From assembly GCA_016839555.1 (NCBI GenBank), contig JAEOUA010000006.1:128001-192000 (forward strand): 64,000 bases of DNA. Reading direction: 5' to 3'. Below, piece by piece: positions 39,583-48,569 of the stretch. Both the position numbers and the translations under genes were made by a program. Position 1 is the first letter of the stretch, and every line of letters starts with the position of its first letter. The DNA comes from Promethearchaeota archaeon. Its GTDB lineage: Archaea > Asgardarchaeota > Lokiarchaeia > Sigyniarchaeales > SOKP01. Below the pieces are notes generated by a model. The model saw nothing but the letters and a program-made list of their open reading frames with translations. It did no database searches and was not told the origin of the DNA.

Positions 39583-42500
39583 TTAAAATGTATTCAATAA
39601 GTTTTCAGCTTTATCAATCCATTTTTTATCATTCACAGCTTCAGCTAGTTGTTTACCTTTTTCTATATTTTTCCGTGATTCTTCGAGAATCTTAAGTTCT
39701 TTATAGCACATACCCATTTTTATATAGGTCTCATACCTAAAATCTTCATCGAAGTAAAAAGTTGGGTCTTCTTCAATAAATTCTATGGCTTTTCCATATT
39801 GATGAATAGCCTTTTCAAATTCATTTGACCACATTAAAATTTCCCCAAAAGAATCATGATAAAATGCGTTTTTTGGGGTCTTATTTATCAAGCGTTTTAT
39901 TATTTTTAATGCTTCTTCTTTATTTTTCAATTTAGCTTTTATTCGCGCCTTATCCATTAAGTCTATATCTTTTTTATTTAATTCAATAGCTTTCTCAATG
40001 GCCTCAAGGGCTTCATCGTATCTTCCTAATTCAAACAAACAATCTTCCTTAATAATATAGGTATCATAATTATCTGGTAATAATTTATTTGATTTTTCAA
40101 TTGAATTCAAGGCTTCTTCATATCTTCCAAGGAATTTCAAGATATACGCTTTCATTATATAAGCATAGGGATCATCTGGTTCTAAATTAATTGCCTGATT
40201 CTCAATTTTTAATGCTTCTTCATATTTTTTCATTCTCCCATAAATTTCTGCCTTAATTTTATATGACAACGAAATACTTGGATTTAGATTAATAGAAATA
40301 TTAATTTCCTCCAATGCTTCTTGATATTTTTTTAAGCGTGCTAATGTTCTGCTTTTCATATTATGATAGTAATAAAAATTTGGTTCCGCATTAATCAAAT
40401 AATTTATTTCTTCCAAGGCGGCTACATTTTCTTCTATGATTTCAAAAGTTTCTGCTTTAATTTCATGTGAATAAAGTTCTTGACTATCTATTGAAATTGC
40501 TTCAACTATGATTTCTAATGATTCAGAAATTCTATCTAGCCATCGCAGGGCAATTGATTTCATTTGCAATCCATATATATAATTTTGATTTATTTCAAGC
40601 GCTTTTTCAGCATTTTCTAAGCTTTTTTCATATTCTTTTAATTCTATAAAAACTTGTGCTTTATATGCAAAAATATATTCATCATTTGGATGATCTTTAT
40701 TTATTTTTTCTAAATGCTGTTGAGCTTCATCAAAATATTTTTGTTCCATTAAAATATCTACATAGAATAATTGATAATCATAAGGTTCAGAACTTAAGTT
40801 AATTGCCTTCTTTATCAATTCTTTTGCTTTCTCTAACTCCCTCTTTTCATATAAAATGTAAGCTTTTTTAAGCAAAAATATTTCATTCCTTTTATCAAGT
40901 TCAATTGCTTTATCAATGGCTTCAAGAGCTTTATCTTTTTTGTCGATATTATTAAGGACCATTGCTTTATTTATGTATAATAATGGTTCTTTCTCATCAA
41001 TTTTTAATCCCTTCTCTACTGTTTTTAGCGCTATATCGTAATTATTCAGATTATCGCATAAAATCCTACTTTTATCAATATACAGACTTGTTTCTTTTGG
41101 ATTAATCTTAATTGCCTTATTAATAACTTGGATAGCACTATTGAATTTGCCTAGTTTCTCTAAATTTTCGTATTTTAAAGTAAGAATTAAATAATTTTCT
41201 GGATCTAGTTCTAATGCTTGATTTATAATTTTTAACGCGTCGCTAAAATTTCCCTTTTCAGTTAAAATATAGCTTTTCTTTAATAGGAGAAGAGAATTTT
41301 TATTATCTAATTTAATCGCTTGGTCTAAAGTTTCAATAGCTTTATTTAATTTATTTAAATTGAGTAAAATCATTGCTTTATTGATATAAAGAGCGATTTC
41401 ATTCTTATTTATATCAAGACCATTATTTACTGTAACCAAAGCTCGATCATAATCTTTGATGAAGTCGCATAACATTCTGCTTTTCATTACGTAATATTCT
41501 ATCTTATTTGGGTTTATATTAATAAATTCATTAATTTTATCAATATATTGTGTATATTTTCCTTTAGCTTCTAAGATTTCTAAAATATCATGATTTTGAT
41601 TCTCAATATTATTATATAAATTAATCTCTTCTCCAACTTTAAAAGATTGGCTCTCTTTTATTTTATTAATATCTCTTAATTTATTTGTAGGTATCTTTTT
41701 TACTTTCTTAAGAATTTCTTTCGATTGAACTGGACCTTTTTCCTTAACATTATTTCTCTCTTGAATAATTTTTTTTGACATATTCCAAATGTCAAAATTT
41801 CTACTATATTCTTTTCTGGTAAATTTTTCTTTTTCATAAATATCTCTATTTATATCCTTAATAATTATGTCTAATAGGTCATAGAGTGCCTCCTTTAAAT
41901 CTTTATGAAATAATTTATAATTTTGAATTAAGTCTGATAAAATATCTTTGTATAAATAGTCTAAACTTTCAGAATTTAACTCAATACAATCTAAATTATC
42001 AAGATAGTAATATCTTTTAAGATTTAATTTTAAAATATTAACAAAAAGATTTCCATATTCAGTATTTTCTCCAAAAAATAGGGGATTTTCTAATGTACTA
42101 GAATTAATTGTATAAACTCTTTTTTCATAGATTTTTTCTTTCAAAATTTTTTGTTTGAATAGTAACAAATCCGCCTCTGTTACATTATCTTCAATGCCTC
42201 TACCTTCTTCATGCATCTTTTTAATAAAATTTTCAACTGAAATAGTATATTTATTATAAAATTTTGGGTGATTATATACCAAATAAAGAAGAAGTTTATT
42301 AAATTTTCTCTCTGAAGGAAAGGTTTCTTGAAGTTTATCATGTGTTATTTTATTGACTAAATCTAAAAACTGCACTTTTATCTCCTCATCTTTAATTTTA
42401 AAATCATTAAAAAATTCTATTATTTTCTGAATATGTTGCTTTAATTTTTTCTGTTCTAATTTATTCAAGGAATTAAAATCTAAAGAATAGTTTTCTAGTC

Positions 42501-42783
42501 TTTTTAATAGTTCAGTCTCTCCTTTTGGTGTTATTTTATATTCACTATTTCTACCTACATAATAGCTAATGATTAAATCCTCTTTTAATAATTCCTTTGC
42601 ATATTTATGAAATGTATTTTTATTAATACGATTATTATTTTTTTTAGTAGTTATAAAGGTTTCACGTTTTAAAGGGCCAAAAACTGCGAGTGCATAAAGA
42701 ATCTCAACTTTATACCTATCACGATTAGTACTATTTCTAATCTTATTTGGAATCTTGTCTGGAATAATATTATTATTTTTCAT
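39583..42783 (-). CDS. Winged-helix + tetratricopeptide repeat protein
   Basis: N-terminal KNTFHKYAKELLKEDLI...YKITPKGE; many 34-aa repeats of the A...IDKAIELDP type in the C-terminal 60%. Confidence 0.88.
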   Translation of the reverse strand: MKNNNIIPDKIPNKIRNSTNRDRYKVEILYALAVFGPLKRETFITTKKNNNRINKNTFHKYAKELLKEDLIISYYVGRNSEYKITPKGETELLKRLENYSLDFNSLNKLEQKKLKQHIQKIIEFFNDFKIKDEEIKVQFLDLVNKITHDKLQETFPSERKFNKLLLYLVYNHPKFYNKYTISVENFIKKMHEEGRGIEDNVTEADLLLFKQKILKEKIYEKRVYTINSSTLENPLFFGENTEYGNLFVNILKLNLKRYYYLDNLDCIELNSESLDYLYKDILSDLIQNYKLFHKDLKEALYDLLDIIIKDINRDIYEKEKFTRKEYSRNFDIWNMSKKIIQERNNVKEKGPVQSKEILKKVKKIPTNKLRDINKIKESQSFKVGEEINLYNNIENQNHDILEILEAKGKYTQYIDKINEFININPNKIEYYVMKSRMLCDFIKDYDRALVTVNNGLDINKNEIALYINKAMILLNLNKLNKAIETLDQAIKLDNKNSLLLLKKSYILTEKGNFSDALKIINQALELDPENYLILTLKYENLEKLGKFNSAIQVINKAIKINPKETSLYIDKSRILCDNLNNYDIALKTVEKGLKIDEKEPLLYINKAMVLNNIDKKDKALEAIDKAIELDKRNEIFLLKKAYILYEKRELEKAKELIKKAINLSSEPYDYQLFYVDILMEQKYFDEAQQHLEKINKDHPNDEYIFAYKAQVFIELKEYEKSLENAEKALEINQNYIYGLQMKSIALRWLDRISESLEIIVEAISIDSQELYSHEIKAETFEIIEENVAALEEINYLINAEPNFYYYHNMKSRTLARLKKYQEALEEINISINLNPSISLSYKIKAEIYGRMKKYEEALKIENQAINLEPDDPYAYIMKAYILKFLGRYEEALNSIEKSNKLLPDNYDTYIIKEDCLFELGRYDEALEAIEKAIELNKKDIDLMDKARIKAKLKNKEEALKIIKRLINKTPKNAFYHDSFGEILMWSNEFEKAIHQYGKAIEFIEEDPTFYFDEDFRYETYIKMGMCYKELKILEESRKNIEKGKQLAEAVNDKKWIDKAENLLNTF

Positions 42784-42820
42784 TATTTTATAGTATGATT
42801 AATATAATAAATAGTTTGTC

Positions 42821-42842
42821 ATGCTAGGATATGTCCTAGCAT
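42821..42842. promoter_or_regulatory. Palindromic candidate operator in a divergent promoter
   Basis: ATGCTAGGA-TATG-TCCTAGCAT, perfect 9-bp arms. Confidence 0.55.
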
Positions 42843-42933
42843 TTATATCAAGGTCCCTTAAGGTAAATATATTATCGATTAATTATTTTATATTATAAAA
42901 AAAATGATATATAGTCTAAAGTGAGGTTTAAAC

Positions 42934-44670
42934 ATGAATTATGCAAATTTTAGCAAATGGAAATATGAATCTTATTTAATTTCATTAGGATCAAAAAATA
43001 ATAAATTTGAAGAGCGAAAATTAAAATTAAGGTTTAGATTAATTGGAGTTCCTTCTAATCATGCTATTAAGGAATTTTTGGTTGAAACGAGTAACACTTT
43101 TGGTCAAATTAAGAGAAGTGTACAAAGAGAATATAGATTAAATCCCATAATTGATATTAATTTCATTTATAAAGGAAAAGTTTTACGAAATGATTTGAGA
43201 ATTTCTCAAATTGGTGATCCCAAAATAATAGATCCAATAACTATAATATGTATGAATTCAGGCGGAGCAAAAAGAGTTAGAGAAGATGAAGATGAAATTA
43301 AAAAATTAATTCACGTACTTAGTGAAAAAATAATACCATATCGGTTTCGGTGGATTTCGAGACGAGTAGAAAACAAATTTAAGGAACTTAGCGATAATAT
43401 TCCTCTTTTAAAACTAATATTTGCACATAAATTTGGAAGAGAATTAACATCTTTACTTGAAAATTTTTCTCATGGCCATAGATTTGACTTAAGTGATTTT
43501 CTCCATTATAATAATAAGTATGGAAATAATCCACATAAATTATTAGATCTTTTACTGGAGGATTTTATTAAGAATTACAATGAATATAATAGATATAGTG
43601 AATATAAAGATTTTAGGATTCTTATCTTTTCTACTTTACTAGAACTAATTCCATTAATTCCCATTAATGAGGAATCGGTTTTTTATGAAGCACTAAAACT
43701 TATAAATGACATTCAGATTGAAGAAAATGGAGAAATATTTCAAAAATTGTTAGAAATATTAAAAAATTCAAAAATTTCAATAGAAAAGAAGCTATTGACA
43801 TTTAATGTCATTGATAATAAAAATTTTGAAACATTACTTGATGATTTTAAATCATTTATATTAATGAATGATTTAGAATGTCCCTCAGAACTGAAGTTAG
43901 GTATTATAGACAGATTCGAAAGAGAAAATCCAAAATATTCTTCCATATTAGATAAAATAACTCCAAATCTGATTAAACTAATAGAACAAAATATTAATCC
44001 AGAATTAGAAAAAAAAATAAATAAAATTTTATTTAATCAGGGAATGATTTGCGGAAATTGTGGAAGAATTATCAATGAACATAAAAACTTTTCAGAAATT
44101 ACCTTTTGTGAAGTATGTAATAAAACTTTTTGTCAAGAGTGTATTGAAAATGAAGATCTTCTTAATGAATGTGAGTTTTGTAATAGATTTATCTGCAAAA
44201 CCCACGAGGAAGCATATAGCATAATTAATCTTGAAGAGAGAAATGTTGTTTTATGTGATATTTGTTTAGAAGAGAGGAAATATCAAAGTAATCAGATAAT
44301 ATGCAAATTATGCCAAAATAAAATCTTAAAATGCAGTAATGATGAATGTGAAATAAATATCTGTAGGAAACATCAAATTCGATGTGTTATTTGCGATAAA
44401 AGGTATTGTTCGAAATGTAAAGAAAAATTTATGAGAGCGTTTGATTTTGGATTAGCTTGTCATAAATGTGTTGAAACGGAAATTATAGAATGCGAAGAAT
44501 GCGGAATTGAAATAGTCAAAAATTATAATGCATATAGCTGTTCAGATTGTGGAAAATATTTATGCGAAGAACATATTTTCAGTGTACCTGATTGGGGCAA
44601 AAAATACTGTAAGGAATGTCTAGAAAATTGGAAGGAATATACATTTCGAATGCAAGCTTTTGGACATTAA
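42934..44670 (+). CDS. Ubiquitin-like (UFM1-like) domain + helical region + multi-Zn-finger Cys-rich C-terminus
   Basis: aa 29-111 show a beta-grasp pattern (FIYKGKVL) ending in MNSGG; many CxxC, CxxH and CxxCxxxxCxxC motifs after about aa 373. Confidence 0.75.
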   Translation: MNYANFSKWKYESYLISLGSKNNKFEERKLKLRFRLIGVPSNHAIKEFLVETSNTFGQIKRSVQREYRLNPIIDINFIYKGKVLRNDLRISQIGDPKIIDPITIICMNSGGAKRVREDEDEIKKLIHVLSEKIIPYRFRWISRRVENKFKELSDNIPLLKLIFAHKFGRELTSLLENFSHGHRFDLSDFLHYNNKYGNNPHKLLDLLLEDFIKNYNEYNRYSEYKDFRILIFSTLLELIPLIPINEESVFYEALKLINDIQIEENGEIFQKLLEILKNSKISIEKKLLTFNVIDNKNFETLLDDFKSFILMNDLECPSELKLGIIDRFERENPKYSSILDKITPNLIKLIEQNINPELEKKINKILFNQGMICGNCGRIINEHKNFSEITFCEVCNKTFCQECIENEDLLNECEFCNRFICKTHEEAYSIINLEERNVVLCDICLEERKYQSNQIICKLCQNKILKCSNDECEINICRKHQIRCVICDKRYCSKCKEKFMRAFDFGLACHKCVETEIIECEECGIEIVKNYNAYSCSDCGKYLCEEHIFSVPDWGKKYCKECLENWKEYTFRMQAFGH

Positions 44671-44714
44671 AATTTAAATTTATTAAAATTAATAAAAAAA
44701 AAGGTGAAATTATA

Positions 44715-45332
44715 ATGAATGAAGAAAAATATTCCGAGATTAAGGAGGATTTAAAAAATATAATTCATTCCTTAGTTGGATTGTGCCCTGCCTATAATTC
44801 AATAGTACGAATTCTGCGTGATGGTAATGAGAAATTTATAGGCTATGTAAAGGCGGCTTATCCTGAAATCCTAGATCGTGATATATTGTCTGTACTTCTT
44901 GGTTTGTTTGATGTTGAAACAGGAGAAACTTTATTGGTTAAGAGGAATGGAATAGGGGATAATCTAGTGGATTTAATCAATAAAATCGAGGAAAAACTTG
45001 ATAAGAAAGAAATAAGAGATTTAGTATCTGAATCGATGGGAGAGGGTGTTCCAAATCCTGTAAAGGATTATATTGAGGGATGCATTGATGTTCTTAAAAA
45101 GAATGATGAAATTGCTTTAAAATTAATAAAACTAATCGCGGCAGATGGTTGGTATAATTTAAATAATTTAATTGAAAAAGTAAATGAAACATATAAATTA
45201 AATTTTAATAATGAAGAAATTTTCAAACATTTGAAAAATCTAGAAGATTTAGGACTCCTTGAATCTCTGAATGAAAACAGAATCGAAATAATAAAGAAGT
45301 ATTGTGAGCATATTCTTAACCTAACAAAATAG
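44715..45332 (+). CDS. Hypothetical protein with C-terminal winged helix
   Basis: ATG 44715 follows AGGTGA; IFKHLKNLEDLGLLE. Confidence 0.65.
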   Translation: MNEEKYSEIKEDLKNIIHSLVGLCPAYNSIVRILRDGNEKFIGYVKAAYPEILDRDILSVLLGLFDVETGETLLVKRNGIGDNLVDLINKIEEKLDKKEIRDLVSESMGEGVPNPVKDYIEGCIDVLKKNDEIALKLIKLIAADGWYNLNNLIEKVNETYKLNFNNEEIFKHLKNLEDLGLLESLNENRIEIIKKYCEHILNLTK

Positions 45333-45337
45333 AAGGT

Positions 45338-47314
45338 GTGAAAAAAATCCAAAATCTTAAAAAAAAGCCTATAATAAATAAAAGAAAAAAATTAAATAGA
45401 GAAAAAAGTAATAGATTACAAACTAAAGAGGATAATACAAGTTTAAATGAGGGAAATCAATTAGAAATTAAGCAATTAATACTAAAAAAGCAATCCCCTT
45501 TATTTAAACAGAATGAACATAATTTAATAGAGAAATCGAGAAAACTTAAATACAATAGTTTATCTAATGATAAAATATTTAAAAGGCTCAATAATGAAAA
45601 AAAAGTAGGAGAAGTTTTAAAACCGGTTAAAATTGAATCTGTAAAAAAATTTATTACTAATGATATTGAGGAAAGAAAAGAAGATTTTTTCTTTGAAAAG
45701 AAAAAACCAGAATTTAGAAAATTTAAAAAATCCAATACTAAAACATCTCTTTCAAGATTTATTCATCGAAATCACTTTAAATTTGAAAAATTAAATGAAA
45801 ATATAAATACCCAACTAATTAAATTCCATATGGGAAAAAAATTCTCTTTCAAACCAGAGTTAAAAGTGATAAAAAGAAGTAATATTAATTTAATACCTTC
45901 ATTTCAAGACAGTGAAAAAAATGATAAAAACATTTTAAGGAATAGAGGAATAAGTATGAATAGTGATGATAATACTGGAGTTAGAAAAGAATCAAAAAAG
46001 GAAATAAAAGAAAAATCTAGAAAAAAAGATAATATTAAGAAAAAATCTAATGAATTTGGTGATATCCAAGATAATGGAGAAGATGATTTATTTAATAAAA
46101 TATTTCATAGCAATATTCAAGGTTTTCCAAAAGTTTTGGATTCAGAAGGTCCCTATTTAATATTAGTTGGAGTTAGAAAAAATATTAAAGTCACAGACAC
46201 CCTTCAAATACTTTTAAAAAAGATATATCGAAATGTTGTTGGAGGGAAACCAGATCCAGAAAATATTGGAGATAAAGAGGATTTAAGGGATAATGGTGCC
46301 AAAGCAGGTAGAAATATAATTCTTCTAAATGAAGAATTATTCAAGCAAAAGACCTATGAAAATTATAAGGATCCTTTAAATATTAAAACGAATCTTTTAG
46401 ATGAAGAATGGATTCTAAAAAAATTAGATGAAAATTATAGCCAGAGTTTCGGATTTCTCATACTCGAAGTTCCATTTGATATTCTTGTAAAAGCATATAA
46501 AAGCTTAACCAAAAATATCCGAAAAATTAAACCTTCTCGGATAATATTATTAAGACCATTAAATAAATATACTCTGGAAGAATTGAATTTAACAACTAAC
46601 GAATTAGAAGGAAAAACAGATAAAAAAGATCCTATTACTAAAATAAGGAATTTTTCTAAAGCTCTTCATGGTTTTATTGTACCAAAAGAGGATAAAAAAT
46701 GGCAAAAGGGTAAAACATTTGATGACATTTTTCTAAGCTGTAGAAATGAAGAAGATCTCTTTAAGAAGAAGTTAAAGGAAAAATTTTCAATAAAAGTAAA
46801 TGGTAAAAATATTCCCATCGAAAGACTAGTTAAAATTTCACCAAGAGAGAAACTAAAAGATTTTAAAAAAGAAAGTGAATTACATTTTTTCTTAAAAACC
46901 ATTCTTGTTAGATATTATTATGAAATTAAATGTTTAGAACTTGATCAGGTAAAAACAGAATATGAAACGCCATTAGCAAATGATTCTGATAACGAGATAA
47001 TACCTGATATTGAAATTAAAGAAAAAAATAAAGTTATTGAAGTTGAAACATTATACGGAACGGTTAATCCTATAGGAAAAATCACAGAAACAATAGAAAA
47101 ATATAAAAAAAGAAAATTTTACAAAATAAATGTAATTTTAACCAATTATGACATGTTCTTCTATTACAAGTTCATAAAGAATATAAAGGAATTCTATAAT
47201 AAAGAGGGCTATAAAATTGATTTTATGACTTTCAATTTTTCAAAAAGAAAGATTGATTTAATAGGAATAAATGAATTTAAAAAGAAATTTAATAATGATA
47301 ATGAGTTAAAATAA
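45338..47314 (+). CDS. Hypothetical protein with basic low-complexity N-terminus and C-terminal PD-(D/E)xK-like nuclease domain
   Basis: ESELHFFLK...TEYE...IIPDIEI...IEVETL. Confidence 0.6.
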   Translation: MKKIQNLKKKPIINKRKKLNREKSNRLQTKEDNTSLNEGNQLEIKQLILKKQSPLFKQNEHNLIEKSRKLKYNSLSNDKIFKRLNNEKKVGEVLKPVKIESVKKFITNDIEERKEDFFFEKKKPEFRKFKKSNTKTSLSRFIHRNHFKFEKLNENINTQLIKFHMGKKFSFKPELKVIKRSNINLIPSFQDSEKNDKNILRNRGISMNSDDNTGVRKESKKEIKEKSRKKDNIKKKSNEFGDIQDNGEDDLFNKIFHSNIQGFPKVLDSEGPYLILVGVRKNIKVTDTLQILLKKIYRNVVGGKPDPENIGDKEDLRDNGAKAGRNIILLNEELFKQKTYENYKDPLNIKTNLLDEEWILKKLDENYSQSFGFLILEVPFDILVKAYKSLTKNIRKIKPSRIILLRPLNKYTLEELNLTTNELEGKTDKKDPITKIRNFSKALHGFIVPKEDKKWQKGKTFDDIFLSCRNEEDLFKKKLKEKFSIKVNGKNIPIERLVKISPREKLKDFKKESELHFFLKTILVRYYYEIKCLELDQVKTEYETPLANDSDNEIIPDIEIKEKNKVIEVETLYGTVNPIGKITETIEKYKKRKFYKINVILTNYDMFFYYKFIKNIKEFYNKEGYKIDFMTFNFSKRKIDLIGINEFKKKFNNDNELK

Positions 47315-47316
47315 AA

Positions 47317-48465
47317 GTGATTAGATTGTCTATTGGAAATAACATAGAAAAAATTTTAAATGATAAAGAAAGCGAAATTGTTGAATTTAAAGCATCATTT
47401 AAATGGGATATAGAGAAAAAAGAAATTAATAATAACCTTCTTGATGAAGTATCTGAAACGGTGGCAGCTTTCATGAATTCAAGAGGAGGTAATTTATTTA
47501 TTGGAATTAAGGATAATGGCGAAATCTATGGATTAGCAAATGATATAAAACATTGTTTTCAAAAAAGCGTTGATGTACTACAACAAAATGTCCCTCAATC
47601 AATAAAAGATAATTTAGGAGGAGCTGGTACGAATTATACAATGGATATTGAAAAATATGAAGGTAAAAAAATATGTATAATTAAGGTTAGTCCATCCGAT
47701 GAACCAATTTTTTTTCAAAACCGTGATTTCTATGTTAGAAGAGGAACATCAGACTATAAATTAAATTCTAAAGAAACATATGAATATATCAAAATTCGAT
47801 TTCTAGAATATAAAAAGTTGAGGTATGAGATCCCCAAAGTAATTAATCCTTTTGATGAAAGAATCGATATAATTCTGAAAATCATTAAAAATTATGTTAT
47901 AGAATATTATTTAAGCGGTCTTATAGGAAATTTTGATCGCTCAATTAATAAAGAAATTTTTAATTTAACAAAAATTATAAATAAATTTGATTCTTCTTAT
48001 TTACCAGAATTTATCAGATTACCAAATAATAAACCTAATTATCAATATCTTTCAAATCTTTTTTTTAATTGTAGTGCTAATGATTTAAAGTTAATGTTAA
48101 GTAATAAAGAAATTGAAAAAGACAAAATTAAAAGAAGTATTTATTTACTCTCTGGAGATTTAGCATATATGATTTTTGAAAATTATAAAAAACATTTGGA
48201 AAAGACTGTATTTTCTCTAAAAAAAATACATCGTCTCTTTGTTTTTGAAACAGAAAATAATGAATATTTTAAAGAAAGAATTAGTCTAATTAAATTTAAA
48301 GAAGCTTTAAAAATCCTCAAAGAATATGGATTAATAAGTCTTTATGGTGAGGAATATAAAGGAAATAGCTCAGAAACGGAATTACATATATTAGATAAGT
48401 TAAGATTAAAGGATTATGTACGGCAGAGTTCGATTTCTTTCCTAATTAACAAAAAGCGAGATTAA
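47317..48465 (+). CDS. Schlafen/AlbA_2-domain protein
   Basis: ESEIVEFKASF, VAAFMNSRGGNLFIGIKDNGEIYG, FYVRRG. Confidence 0.9.
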   Translation: MIRLSIGNNIEKILNDKESEIVEFKASFKWDIEKKEINNNLLDEVSETVAAFMNSRGGNLFIGIKDNGEIYGLANDIKHCFQKSVDVLQQNVPQSIKDNLGGAGTNYTMDIEKYEGKKICIIKVSPSDEPIFFQNRDFYVRRGTSDYKLNSKETYEYIKIRFLEYKKLRYEIPKVINPFDERIDIILKIIKNYVIEYYLSGLIGNFDRSINKEIFNLTKIINKFDSSYLPEFIRLPNNKPNYQYLSNLFFNCSANDLKLMLSNKEIEKDKIKRSIYLLSGDLAYMIFENYKKHLEKTVFSLKKIHRLFVFETENNEYFKERISLIKFKEALKILKEYGLISLYGEEYKGNSSETELHILDKLRLKDYVRQSSISFLINKKRD

Positions 48466-48569
48466 AATTAATTAATTTCAAGACATTATTACTGATAAAA
48501 TTTTAAAAATATCTAAATAATTTTTTCCATTTGAGAATAGATATCATTGCATTTCGGATTCAGATATTT

